Shown: one piece after another, positions 8,997-18,943 of the stretch | How the letters are laid out: every line of letters starts with the position of its first letter | Numbering within the stretch: position 1 is the first letter of the stretch | Source: Eubacteriales bacterium | GTDB taxonomy: Bacteria > Bacillota > Clostridia > Oscillospirales > CAG-272 | NCBI GenBank assembly: GCA_045593725.1 | Contig: JAZNXE010000009.1 | Span: forward strand, 1 to 62,323 | Direction: 5' to 3' | Length of the DNA stretch: 62,323 bases | Notes under the pieces: model-generated | What the model saw: only the letters and a program-made list of their open reading frames with translations | Database searches by the model: none | What the model was told of the DNA's origin: nothing | Translations under genes and position numbers: made by a program

Positions 8997-11513
8997 ATGT
9001 TTGGTCTTATTTTTTCGGCTGCCTTTTTAGTAGTGGCACTGCTCTTTATGCTGGTGGGAGCGCTAAAGGGCAAAAAAACCGTGTGGCAGCTATCGGTAAC
9101 CCGCATATCCCTCTCTGTGATTTCCGCAATTATCGCGGCGTTTGTATCATCGCTTATCGCTTGGCACGGCATAGGCGCGGCACTTGGTTCTATTCTCGAA
9201 ATAGAATGGATTATGAACGAGCTTCCCTCGGGTAAGGATATTATTACCGCTATTGCGGCAATGATAGTAGCGCCCCTTTTATTCACCTTTCTTTATACTA
9301 TAATCCGTCTTATAGCTAAGGCCTTCACAAGGCTTATAGCAAGACAATTCCTCAGGCTTACCACCCCCAAGGAAAAGACAGAGGATGTCAAGGCAGAGCA
9401 GGAGCTCTTGGCGGATGACTCTATGGAGAATCATATAAAAGAGCCTGGGGGAGATAATTCTCCCGGGATCGACAGTGAAAAGGATAATAAAAACCGTATG
9501 TTCAAGCTTGAGAAGAACAGCTGGGTAGGCGCGCTCTGCGGCGCGCTGTGCAGCTTTGTAACTCTTTGTATCCTTCTTGTGCCTATGGTTGGTACGCTTG
9601 ACGTTGTCGGCGACATGGCATCTCTCCCTGTGCACACCTTAGCCGCTTCCGACGAAACGGGAATGATGGATACCGTAGCCGATGTGGTTGACGGCGCTTC
9701 GGGCAACGCGGGAGTCGTTACGGTCAAGCTTGTGGGAGGGGGACTTCTTTACGACGCAATGACTACCTATAAGGTAGGTGACACAAGAGTTACTCTCCGC
9801 AGGGAGGCTGAATTTATAAAGACTGTTTCTGTTGCAGTCCTTGCGGCAACCGATAAGGAGGCATCAAATGAGGAGAAGGCAGAGGGAATACGCGAGATTG
9901 CCGTAGCCTTTGAAAAATCCGATATGGTTCCTATTCTTGTGGCAGAGGTGACCCATGCCGCGGCAAGCGATTGGAAGGAGGGCAATGATTTCCACGGTAT
10001 AAAGCGTCCATCTATGGGTGAGAGCTTTGATCCGCTTATGATATCACTTGTGGAGGCGTTCGCGGAGTCGGGAAGAGATACTATAAAGGACGACGTTGCA
10101 ACTATCGTTGAGATAGTCGCGGTCCTTATGGAGAAGGATGCTCTCGGGTCGCTTGGCAGTAATCCTTTGGCTATACTCTCCAAGGAGGACGCTACTGCCC
10201 AGGTAATTGAAAACCTTCTCGATAATCCCAGACTTGACGTTGTGGTGGATGGCATATCCGATTTCGGCATTGGCGTTCTTATGGATGCCGTAGGTGCTAC
10301 CAAGGATGTTTCTCCGCTTTATTCTCGGTTCAAGACCGACGTTCAGGGCGTATATGGTGAAACGGCAGAGGACCTATCGGCGGCTTATGCCAAGGTCTTT
10401 GACAAACACGGTCTTAAGGTCAGCGAGGAGCAGTGCACCAGCGCCGCTCAGACCAAGCTTGACGGCGGAAATATCCTTGAATGGGTAGCAAATAACGTAG
10501 TGGCAGACGAGGAGGATTACGTTAATAAGACGGCTATCGTTCCTATAAATATGATAACCGAGGGAAGGCAAGAGGTGCAGAACAAGGAGAGAGAGGCAAA
10601 GCTTCTGGCTCGCGCCTACGTGCAGGCTTATGAGCTTAAGAATAGGATGTCGGCGAGTACCTTCGGCGTAAAGGATATGGTTGCTGAGATGGGTCCCATT
10701 CTTGATAGCTTTGCTCTTACCGAGAGCGTAGGACCTGTTAAGACCGCATATATTCTGAAGGCTATGCTTCAGTCCGAAACAGTACGCGATAAGATAGGCT
10801 TCTCGGTATTGGAGGCTTCAAATTCCGCAGACTCTATTTCCAAGAACTCCGCTACAAAGAGCTATGCTGCAATGCTTAACTCTCTGATGCTTGCGGTAGA
10901 TATGATAGAGGCGGCTTCCGACCCCAACGTAAACACCAACGATGCGGTAGAAAAGATGCTGGCGGACCTTACCCCCGAGTCGGCAGAGGTTCTTCAGACT
11001 ATTTCTACTCCCGAGGTTATGAAAAAATACGACGTTCCCGAAAAGAGTGCTAAGCCCACCTCGGAGCTGATGTCCGATACCTTCGGCAACCTTTCGGATG
11101 CTAAGGAGAATGGAATGAGTGATGAGGATTACGCCAAGGAATCCGCGGCTGTATCAAATATGATGAGCGTTGCTATGTCCTCAAAGGGCGGAGCTGTCTT
11201 CGGCGAGAATAGCGCTACGGGTATTACCTCAGACCAATTTGTTGACGATATTATGAATTCTACCGTAATGTCAGACACGCTGGTTGAAAAGGTATACGGG
11301 GAGGGCGACGAGCCTAAGATTGACCCTCTTGCTTCGGAAAGAAGCATGAGCGAGGAGGAGAACACAAGCTTTATGACCTCTCTTAACAACAAGTGGAACG
11401 CTTCCGACAAGAGCGAGAGCACCAAGAGAGAGATAGTAGCTATCGCGGCTATAATGAACGTCAAGGTAACGGTTACCGAAAGCGGTGTACAGCAGGTTGT
11501 TGACGCGCAGTAA
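8997..11513 (+). CDS. large membrane-anchored protein of unknown function (CvpA-like N-terminal TM bundle, long acidic helical C-terminal region)
   Basis: The ORF is long and uninterrupted. I preferred the ATG at 8997 because GGAGG lies 5 nt upstream. There are 3-4 N-terminal TM helices and one more near aa 190. I recognise no catalytic motif. Confidence 0.7.
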   Translation: MFGLIFSAAFLVVALLFMLVGALKGKKTVWQLSVTRISLSVISAIIAAFVSSLIAWHGIGAALGSILEIEWIMNELPSGKDIITAIAAMIVAPLLFTFLYTIIRLIAKAFTRLIARQFLRLTTPKEKTEDVKAEQELLADDSMENHIKEPGGDNSPGIDSEKDNKNRMFKLEKNSWVGALCGALCSFVTLCILLVPMVGTLDVVGDMASLPVHTLAASDETGMMDTVADVVDGASGNAGVVTVKLVGGGLLYDAMTTYKVGDTRVTLRREAEFIKTVSVAVLAATDKEASNEEKAEGIREIAVAFEKSDMVPILVAEVTHAAASDWKEGNDFHGIKRPSMGESFDPLMISLVEAFAESGRDTIKDDVATIVEIVAVLMEKDALGSLGSNPLAILSKEDATAQVIENLLDNPRLDVVVDGISDFGIGVLMDAVGATKDVSPLYSRFKTDVQGVYGETAEDLSAAYAKVFDKHGLKVSEEQCTSAAQTKLDGGNILEWVANNVVADEEDYVNKTAIVPINMITEGRQEVQNKEREAKLLARAYVQAYELKNRMSASTFGVKDMVAEMGPILDSFALTESVGPVKTAYILKAMLQSETVRDKIGFSVLEASNSADSISKNSATKSYAAMLNSLMLAVDMIEAASDPNVNTNDAVEKMLADLTPESAEVLQTISTPEVMKKYDVPEKSAKPTSELMSDTFGNLSDAKENGMSDEDYAKESAAVSNMMSVAMSSKGGAVFGENSATGITSDQFVDDIMNSTVMSDTLVEKVYGEGDEPKIDPLASERSMSEEENTSFMTSLNNKWNASDKSESTKREIVAIAAIMNVKVTVTESGVQQVVDAQ

Positions 11514-11522
11514 TTAAATATT

Positions 11523-11561
11523 AAAAAAGCTCTTGCGGCAAAAATGCCGCAAGAGCTTTTT
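11523..11561 (+). terminator. intrinsic terminator
   Basis: AAGCTCTTGCGGCA aaaa TGCCGCAAGAGCTT followed by TTTT. Confidence 0.8.
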
Positions 11562-11892
11562 GTAGTTAGAGCTTGTTAGGATTTTTGCTGCTTTCTTGAA
11601 AGAAAGTAGCGCAAAGAACTTATTAAGGGGTTATTGTAAAGCTGGTAGGGGCGAACTGTGTTCGCCCGCGGACATTCGCAGAAGGGCCCTATGGGTTCGG
11701 TGATACATAAGCCTTCTCCCACCGGAGAAGGCTATTTCTGTGTTTGTGTATTCCTTTGCCACTACGGAATCTACAATCCCTTACAAGAAGTTCTTTGGCT
11801 CCACCTTTCTCGAAAGAAAGGTGGAAAATCGTTTATAATTCTAACTACGCGCTACGGAATCTACAGCTTTTTGCAAAAATAATATTATATTA

Positions 11893-11921
11893 TTGATGAT
11901 TGGTATTTTTTGTGATATAAT
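11893..11921 (+). promoter_or_regulatory. pyk promoter
   Basis: TTGATG, a 17-nt spacer, then TATAAT with an upstream TG (tgtgaTATAAT). Confidence 0.55.
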
Positions 11922-11966
11922 ATATACTGAGGGAGAATTGGAAAACTCCCTGCGGAGGAACAAAAA

Positions 11967-13379
11967 ATGAGAAAAACCAAGATAGTTTGTACAATAGGTC
12001 CGTCGTGCGCCAACGAGGAAACGCTCAGCGGAATGTGCCTTGCGGGAATGAACGTAGCAAGACTTAACTTTTCCCACGGCACTCACGAGGACCATAAGAA
12101 AAACATAGAGCTTATAAAATCGGTGCGCGAGAAGCTGGGGCTTCCTATTGCCATATTGCTTGACACCAAGGGACCTGAATATAGGATAAAGACCTTTAAG
12201 GACGGCAAGATAATGCTTCGGGCGGGAGATAGCTTCACCTTTACCTCTGAGGACGTAGAGGGTGACAGCGCGCGAGTGTCTGTAAACTATAAGGACCTGC
12301 CCCGTGAGATGAAGGCGGGGGATAGAATACTGCTCAATAACGGTCTGGTCATATTCGAGGTGGAGAGCGTAGAGGGAAGCGAGATACATTGCCGAGTTAT
12401 TGAGGGGGGAGAGCTTTCCAACCGAAAGAGCATGAGCTTCCCCGGGAAGGTGCTCAAGCAGGAGTACCTCAGTGAGCACGACAAGAGCGACCTTCTGTTT
12501 GGAATAGAGAATGGAGTCGATTTTATAGCCTGCTCCTTTGTTTCAAGAAAGCAGGATTTGGTTGACGTAAAGAATTTTCTGCGTGAGCATTGCTCGGAGA
12601 TGCCCGATATTATAGCCAAGATAGAAAACCGCTCGGGTGTGGACAATATCCGCGAGATATGCGACGAGTGCGACGGAATAATGATAGCCAGAGGAGATAT
12701 GGGAGTTGAAGTGCCCTTTGAGGAGCTTCCCGCTATACAGAAGCATCTTATCACTACCTGCCGACTTCTTGGTAAGCGCGTTATTACCGCTACCGAAATG
12801 CTTGAGTCGATGATACACAATCCCCGTCCCACCAGAGCCGAGATATCCGACGTAGCAAACGCCGTATATGACGGAACCAGCGCCATAATGCTCTCGGGAG
12901 AAACGGCGGCGGGAAAATATCCTGTGCTTACTGTGGAAACTATGGCGCGCATAGCTCTTCAGACCGAGAAGGGAATAAACTACGCAAAGAGATTTCACGA
13001 GGCGAACTTTATTATTAAAAACACGGTGGACGCCATATCCCACGCAACCTGCGGAATGGCAATAGATATAGGAGCAAGGGCGATAGCGGTCTGCTCACTT
13101 TCAGGAATGACGGCGCGTATGGTGTCCCGCTTCCGCTGCCCCATAGATATTCTCGGGGTGACCACGGACGAGGGCACTTGGCGCAAGCTTGCCCTTTCTT
13201 GGGGAGTTACCCCTGTTATGAGCGAGATGTTCAATTCTCTTGACGTGCTTTTCTACACGGCGCAGAAGCTGGCAAAGAAGGAAATGTCGCTTTCTAAGGG
13301 GGACAGGATAGTTATCACGGGAGGAGTGACCAACGGCTCCTCGGGCAATACGAATCTTATTAAGGTTGAAACAATATAA
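11967..13379 (+). CDS. pyk: pyruvate kinase
   Basis: MRKTKIVCTIGPS, NVARLNFSHG and MIARGDMGVE motifs are present. At 470 aa there is no PEP-utiliser extension. Confidence 0.95.
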   Translation: MRKTKIVCTIGPSCANEETLSGMCLAGMNVARLNFSHGTHEDHKKNIELIKSVREKLGLPIAILLDTKGPEYRIKTFKDGKIMLRAGDSFTFTSEDVEGDSARVSVNYKDLPREMKAGDRILLNNGLVIFEVESVEGSEIHCRVIEGGELSNRKSMSFPGKVLKQEYLSEHDKSDLLFGIENGVDFIACSFVSRKQDLVDVKNFLREHCSEMPDIIAKIENRSGVDNIREICDECDGIMIARGDMGVEVPFEELPAIQKHLITTCRLLGKRVITATEMLESMIHNPRPTRAEISDVANAVYDGTSAIMLSGETAAGKYPVLTVETMARIALQTEKGINYAKRFHEANFIIKNTVDAISHATCGMAIDIGARAIAVCSLSGMTARMVSRFRCPIDILGVTTDEGTWRKLALSWGVTPVMSEMFNSLDVLFYTAQKLAKKEMSLSKGDRIVITGGVTNGSSGNTNLIKVETI

Positions 13380-13512
13380 GGATAAGGGCAGGGCGGCAGC
13401 CCTGCCTAAAATTTATTTGTTCACTCAATGTTTACAAAGTTTACTATTTTATGAAAAGATTATGCTTTATAATTAGAGAGATTTGTAAAAAAGGAGGACC
13501 TTCAAGAATACT

Positions 13513-15258
13513 ATGATAAAAACTTTGGCTAAGAGTATTCGTGAATACAAGACAAGCTCGATTCTTGCCCCCGTGTTTATCGCGGGCGAGGTAATTATCG
13601 AATGCTTTATACCCTTCGTTACGGCGGAGCTGGTAAGAAATATACAAGGCGGCTGCTCACTGAACGTTATAATAAATTACGGTCTGATGCTTGTGGCTCT
13701 GGCGGTGATGTCCCTCTTGTGCGGCGCATTCGCGGGTCATTTTGCCGCTATCGCCTCCTGCGGATTTGCGAAAAACGTCCGTCACGACATTTATTACGCT
13801 ATCCAGCAGTTTTCTTTTTCCAATATGGATAAATTCTCCACGGCGGGGCTTGTAACAAGGCTTACCACCGACGTTAACAACGTGCAGATGGCGTATATGA
13901 TGATAATCCGCACGGCGATACGCTGTCCGATGATGCTCATTTTTGCGCTGGTGATGGCTGTAATGGTAAGCCCTGCTATGTCCCTTGCCTTTGGGGTTAT
14001 AATTCCTATTCTCGCGATAGGGCTTACATTTATAATCCTCAATGCGCACCCCATATTCAAGACGGTTTTCAAAAAATACGACAACCTCAACAACTCGGTG
14101 CAGGAGAACGTAGCGGGAATGAGAGTTGTAAAGGCGTACGTAAGAGAGGATTTTGAGCGTGAAAAATTCGCCAAGGCATCCGACGACGTGGCTAAGGGCT
14201 TTACTAAAGCGGAGAAGATACTCGCTCTCAACAATCCTCTTATGCAATTCTGCTTTAACGCCCTTATGCTTATGGTCTGCTTCTTCGGCTCACAGCTTAT
14301 AATAAGAACAAACGGCGAGGCGCTTGATATTGCGGGATATACCGCCCTTCTTACCTACGGAGCGCAGATACTGATGAGCCTTATGATGCTTTCTATGATA
14401 ATAGTTATGCTCTCCATGTCTATGGAATCGGCTAACCGTATAGCGGCCGTGCTCAAGGAGCAAAGCGCTATAACAAATCCTGAGTGCCCTATAACCGAGG
14501 TCAGGGACGGAAGCATTCTCTTTGATAAGGTAAGCTTTTCTTACTCAGAGAGTGCGGAGAAAAAATCCCTTGAGGGAATAAATCTCTTTATCGCTTCGGG
14601 CGAAACAGTGGGTATAATCGGAGGAACGGGAAGCGGAAAGACCAGCCTTGTTCAGCTTATCTCACGTCTTTACGACGCAAGCGAGGGAGCTGTTAAGGTA
14701 GGCGGAGTGGACGTTCGCGACTACGACATAGAAACACTGAGAAATCAGGTGTCGGTGGTTCTTCAGAAGAACGTGCTTTTCTCGGGTACTATAAAGGAAA
14801 ATCTTCGCTGGGGCGACCCCGATGCTACCGACGAGGATATGGAGCGTATATGTAAGCTTGCTCAGGCAGATGAATTTATAAAGACCTTCCCCGACGGCTA
14901 CGATACCTATATCACTCAGGGCGGAACTAACGTGTCGGGCGGACAGAAGCAGAGGCTTTGCATTGCCAGAGCACTGCTTAAAAAGCCCAAAATACTTATT
15001 CTGGATGACTCGACCAGCGCGGTGGATACCAGAACCGACGCTCTTATCCGCAAGGCGTTTGCCGAGGAGATACCCGATACCACCAAGATAATAATTGCTC
15101 AGCGTATATCCTCTGTGGAGCACGCCGATAAGATAATCGTTCTTGACGGAGGACGTATTGAGTCGGTCGGAAGCCACGCGGAGCTTATGGAAAACAGCCC
15201 CATATACAGGGAAATATACGAATCTCAGAACAAGGGGGCGCAGAATGATGGCGAATGA
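13513..15258 (+). CDS. ABC exporter, fused permease/ATPase
   Basis: Walker A GGTGSGKTS, signature VSGGQKQR and Walker B LILDDSTS. Confidence 0.9.
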   Translation: MIKTLAKSIREYKTSSILAPVFIAGEVIIECFIPFVTAELVRNIQGGCSLNVIINYGLMLVALAVMSLLCGAFAGHFAAIASCGFAKNVRHDIYYAIQQFSFSNMDKFSTAGLVTRLTTDVNNVQMAYMMIIRTAIRCPMMLIFALVMAVMVSPAMSLAFGVIIPILAIGLTFIILNAHPIFKTVFKKYDNLNNSVQENVAGMRVVKAYVREDFEREKFAKASDDVAKGFTKAEKILALNNPLMQFCFNALMLMVCFFGSQLIIRTNGEALDIAGYTALLTYGAQILMSLMMLSMIIVMLSMSMESANRIAAVLKEQSAITNPECPITEVRDGSILFDKVSFSYSESAEKKSLEGINLFIASGETVGIIGGTGSGKTSLVQLISRLYDASEGAVKVGGVDVRDYDIETLRNQVSVVLQKNVLFSGTIKENLRWGDPDATDEDMERICKLAQADEFIKTFPDGYDTYITQGGTNVSGGQKQRLCIARALLKKPKILILDDSTSAVDTRTDALIRKAFAEEIPDTTKIIIAQRISSVEHADKIIVLDGGRIESVGSHAELMENSPIYREIYESQNKGAQNDGE

Positions 15259-17182
15259 TAAAATGAAAAGACCCCCAATAAAGAAGGGCGTTATCAAGAG
15301 AATACTTAAGCTGCTCTTTAAGGAATACAAATGGCAGCTGATAGCGGTTATCGCGTGCATAGTGCTGGTATCCTTCGCATCTACCGTAGCGGGACTCTTT
15401 ATGAATCAGTATATCGAATATATTGAGGAGGGTCTTGTGAAGGGGCTTGGCGAGGTTTACGGAAAGATACTCAGAGCCGTGCTTATAATGCTCTCTATAT
15501 ACGCCGTAGGCTGGGTGGCGTCCTTTGCCTATACACGAATAATGGCAATAGTAACACAGAGCTTCCTTAACGGAATGAGAAAAAAGATGTTCGATAAGAT
15601 GCAGAGCTTCCCTCTGCGCTACTTCGATACTAATGCCCACGGTGATATAATGTCCCATTATACCAATGATATAGACACAGTGCGAGAGCTTGTGTCAAAC
15701 ACACTTCCTCATCTTATCCAGTCGGGGCTTATCGTTGCCTTTCTCATATTCAATATGCTCTATCTCAGCATCTGGATGTTTTTTGTGGTATTTGCGGCGA
15801 GTATCGCCATGATAACCGTAGCAAAGAAGATTGGCGGAGCCAGCGCCAAGAACTTTATGAGGATGCAGAAGTCCATAGCAAGGACAGAGGGCTTCGTAGA
15901 GGAGATGATGAACGGACAGAAGGTGGTAAAGGTATTCTGTCACGAGAGCCAGAGCGTTGAGGACTTTGACAGAGTCAACAACCAGCTCTGCAAGGATGCG
16001 ACTGCTGCAAACCGCTTTGCCAATATCCTGATGCCCATTATGGGTAATATCGGAAATATACTCTACGTTCTGGTAGCCTTTATCGGCGGCGCGCTGATAA
16101 TCAGCGGCGCTACCAACATATCTATTCAGCGACTTATAGGTCCTATTCTGGGTATGGAGGTAGGCGTAGCGGTGGGTATTAGCGTTGTAGTTCCTTTCCT
16201 TAACGCCTCCAAGCAATTTACCAACAACGTAAGTCAGGTTTCCCAGCAGATAAACGCCATAGTTATGGCGATGGCGGGAGCGAGCCGTGTGTTTGAGCTT
16301 CTGGATACAGAGCCTGAATACGACGAGGGCTACGTTATGCTGGTAAACGCTAAGGAGGAGGACGGCACTCTCACCGAGAGTGAACAGAGAACGGGACTGT
16401 GGGCGTGGAAGCACCGCCACGGGGACGGAAGCGTTACCTACACCGAGCTGAAGGGCGACGTACAGATAGAAAATATGGATTTCGGCTACGTACCTGAAAA
16501 GCTTGTGCTCAAGGATATCTCGCTTTACGCGCGCCCCGGTCAGAAGGTGGCGTTTGTGGGAGCTACGGGAGCGGGAAAGACGACTATAACCAATCTTATA
16601 AACCGCTTCTATGACATTGACGACGGAAAGATAAGATACGACGGAATAAATATCAACAAGATAAAGAAGGGAGATTTGCGCCGCTCCTTGGGTATCGTTC
16701 TTCAGGATACCAATCTCTTTACGGGAAGCGTTATGGACAACATACGCTACGGAAAGCTTGACGCAAGTGACGAGGAATGTATCGCGGCGGCAAAGCTCGC
16801 CAATGCCCACGACTTTATCACCCGACTGCCCGAGGGCTATAATACTATGCTGACGGCAAACGGGGCAAATCTTTCCCAAGGACAAAGACAGCTTATCTCC
16901 ATAGCGAGAGCGGCTGTGGCGGACCCGCCCGTAATGATACTTGACGAGGCGACCTCCTCCATAGATACCCGAACCGAGGCAATAGTACAACGTGGAATGG
17001 ATGCTCTGATGAAGGGAAGAACGGTATTCGTCATCGCCCACAGACTTTCCACCGTGCGAAACTCCGACGTTATAATGGTGCTGGAGCAGGGACGCATAAT
17101 AGAGCGGGGAAGCCACGAGGAGCTTATAGCTCAGGGGGGCAAGTATTACCAGCTCTATACGGGAGCCTTTGAGCTTGAATAA
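15245..17182 (+). CDS. ABC exporter, fused permease/ATPase
   Basis: The ATG at 15245 overlaps the upstream stop by 14 nt, so the track ORF start at 15143 is an over-extension. Walker A GATGAGKTT, signature LSQGQRQ and Walker B ILDEATS are present. Confidence 0.9.
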   Translation: MMANDKMKRPPIKKGVIKRILKLLFKEYKWQLIAVIACIVLVSFASTVAGLFMNQYIEYIEEGLVKGLGEVYGKILRAVLIMLSIYAVGWVASFAYTRIMAIVTQSFLNGMRKKMFDKMQSFPLRYFDTNAHGDIMSHYTNDIDTVRELVSNTLPHLIQSGLIVAFLIFNMLYLSIWMFFVVFAASIAMITVAKKIGGASAKNFMRMQKSIARTEGFVEEMMNGQKVVKVFCHESQSVEDFDRVNNQLCKDATAANRFANILMPIMGNIGNILYVLVAFIGGALIISGATNISIQRLIGPILGMEVGVAVGISVVVPFLNASKQFTNNVSQVSQQINAIVMAMAGASRVFELLDTEPEYDEGYVMLVNAKEEDGTLTESEQRTGLWAWKHRHGDGSVTYTELKGDVQIENMDFGYVPEKLVLKDISLYARPGQKVAFVGATGAGKTTITNLINRFYDIDDGKIRYDGININKIKKGDLRRSLGIVLQDTNLFTGSVMDNIRYGKLDASDEECIAAAKLANAHDFITRLPEGYNTMLTANGANLSQGQRQLISIARAAVADPPVMILDEATSSIDTRTEAIVQRGMDALMKGRTVFVIAHRLSTVRNSDVIMVLEQGRIIERGSHEELIAQGGKYYQLYTGAFELE

Positions 17183-17184
17183 AA

Positions 17185-17356
17185 GGGCTATCTCATTCAG
17201 CGCAGAACAGAAACACACATAAAAATGAAATTTGAAAGGTTTACCTTAAAAATTTCTACACAAAAACCGCTTTCACTATCGTTTTCTGATAGCAAAAGCG
17301 GCTTTTTTGTTTATTTGTTTGTGTGTTTTTGTTCTGCATCCTAATGAGGCAGCCCC
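17185..17356. repeat. MITE-like element, copy 1 (imperfect ~37-bp terminal inverted repeats around a bidirectional terminator hairpin)
   Basis: GGGCTATCTCATTCAGCGCAGAACAGAAACACACA ... TGTGTGTTTTTGTTCTGCATCCTAATGAGGCAGCCCC. The core matches 45392-45526 almost base for base. The central hairpin is CCGCTTTCACTATC/GATAGCAAAAGCGG, flanked by A5 and T6. Confidence 0.7.
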
Positions 17357-17387
17357 GTGCTTGCAGGGAAAATTCATTTTTACATAA

Positions 17388-18344
17388 TCAGTGATTTACG
17401 CTAATTTCTATATCTCCCGTATCGGTCGTTATCTCGCATCTGCCGCCCGAGGTGCTTCGCGGAATGTCAACGTCACCCGTATCGGTTCTTGCGGTGAATA
17501 TCTTGTCGGAGAGCAGAGTGCCAGATACGTCGCCAGTGTCTGTTTTTATGAGGATCTCGGCGGCGTCGCAGCGGTCGAATTTCACATCCCCCGTGCTTCG
17601 CTCCACAGAAATTTTTTCGGTCGCAATCACTTCCGTCAGGTATATCTTTCCCGTATTTCCGTCAGAGGTGAGATTTTTGCACGTAAGGCTTGTAAGATTG
17701 CTTTTTCCCGTGCTTACCTTTATTTTAACGTCACCCGAGCAGGACACGTCGGCAAGGGTTATCTTTCCCGTTGTTACCGAGAGGTCAAGGCTGTCAGCCG
17801 TTAGGTTTGCTATATCTATATCTCCCGTAGAGGTTTTTATTTTCGCCGTGCCCGAAACCGAGGCGCGGCTTTTAACGTCGCCTGTGCTTACCGAAATATC
17901 CATACTTGCAAATTTAAAATTCCGGGGTATATCCACGTCCCCCGTGCTTTCATCTATGGCAAGGTTAGAATACTCGCTTTCGGGCAGATATACGGTTATT
18001 TTGGTGCTTTCTATGCCTATGCCGATATACTGATACCATTTCTTCGTATTGACCTCGTTTACACTAAGAGTGCCGTCCTGCGCGCTGACGGTGTGTCTGC
18101 CCGTTGCAGCTTCATAGCAGACCACGCGGCAGCTCTCGCTATCCGAGGGAAGAAGCACAATATCGGCGGTATCTGTCTTTATAGATATATTGGTGAACTT
18201 TTCCGTGATATCGTGTATGTTGGTTTCGTATTTTTCGGTAGAGAGCTTTGTAAAATCCCAAAAATTCATTGCCATAGCCACGGCAAATATTATAAGTCCC
18301 GCTCCCACGAGGGAAGCCGCTATAATTATCAACACTTTGTTCAT
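17388..18344 (-). CDS. DUF4097 family beta-strand repeat protein with N-terminal TM anchor
   Basis: STGD(V/I) repeat units recur throughout, and there is an N-terminal TM helix. It is in an operon with DUF1700 and PadR genes. Confidence 0.8.
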   Translation of the reverse strand: MNKVLIIIAASLVGAGLIIFAVAMAMNFWDFTKLSTEKYETNIHDITEKFTNISIKTDTADIVLLPSDSESCRVVCYEAATGRHTVSAQDGTLSVNEVNTKKWYQYIGIGIESTKITVYLPESEYSNLAIDESTGDVDIPRNFKFASMDISVSTGDVKSRASVSGTAKIKTSTGDIDIANLTADSLDLSVTTGKITLADVSCSGDVKIKVSTGKSNLTSLTCKNLTSDGNTGKIYLTEVIATEKISVERSTGDVKFDRCDAAEILIKTDTGDVSGTLLSDKIFTARTDTGDVDIPRSTSGGRCEITTDTGDIEISVNH

Positions 18345-18943
18345 TATGCCTCCTCCTTTTTAACGAAGCAATGCTTTATTCCAAGTATAACAGTCTTTGT
18401 AAGCAAGACCACACCCTCGGTGGCAGCCTTACTTCCGATAAACGCGAATATGCCGAGTCCTCCGCACACAAGTCCCGCTCCCAACATAGCAAGACCTGTG
18501 GTGAGATTGCCGCTTACGATGAAAATTACGCACAGGGCAATTCCCGCGGGGGAGCAGGCGGCGAGGGAGGCGAATACCGCCCAAGCGCATACCACCAGAA
18601 CCCAGAGTACCGCATAAAGTGTAATAATTACCGCAAAAGCCACAGCCAGAAGAGTGATCCATATAGGAGAGCCTACGGCTATAAGCACGATCTCCCAAGC
18701 GCTCAAAGCCCGCTTTGGCTTGACCTTATTTGTTACAAGCTTAGACAGAGGAATTTCGGACACTATCTGCGACGCTATTTCGTCGGTTGTGCCGATATCC
18801 GCTACCGCATCCTCCTCCGAAAGTCCTTCCTCTATTCTGTCGTCGATCATCTCGCAATAAAAGCTGATGCGCTCGGATGCTTCCTTTTGGGGAAGTCGTG
18901 AGAGCTTTGACTCAAGCTCGTTGATAAATTCCTGCTTAGTCAT
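18344..18943 (-). CDS. DUF1700 domain membrane protein
   Basis: The N-terminus MTKQEFINELESKLSRLPQKEASERISFYCEMIDDRIEEG is typical of DUF1700. C-terminal TM helices follow. Confidence 0.75.
   Translation of the reverse strand: MTKQEFINELESKLSRLPQKEASERISFYCEMIDDRIEEGLSEEDAVADIGTTDEIASQIVSEIPLSKLVTNKVKPKRALSAWEIVLIAVGSPIWITLLAVAFAVIITLYAVLWVLVVCAWAVFASLAACSPAGIALCVIFIVSGNLTTGLAMLGAGLVCGGLGIFAFIGSKAATEGVVLLTKTVILGIKHCFVKKEEA

Noticed and set aside
15695-17218. 507-aa minus-strand ORF
   Set aside because: It lies entirely antisense to the well-supported ABC exporter gene (15245-17182). Its composition is low-complexity and rich in Y, H and L, and it has no RBS. It is a shadow ORF.
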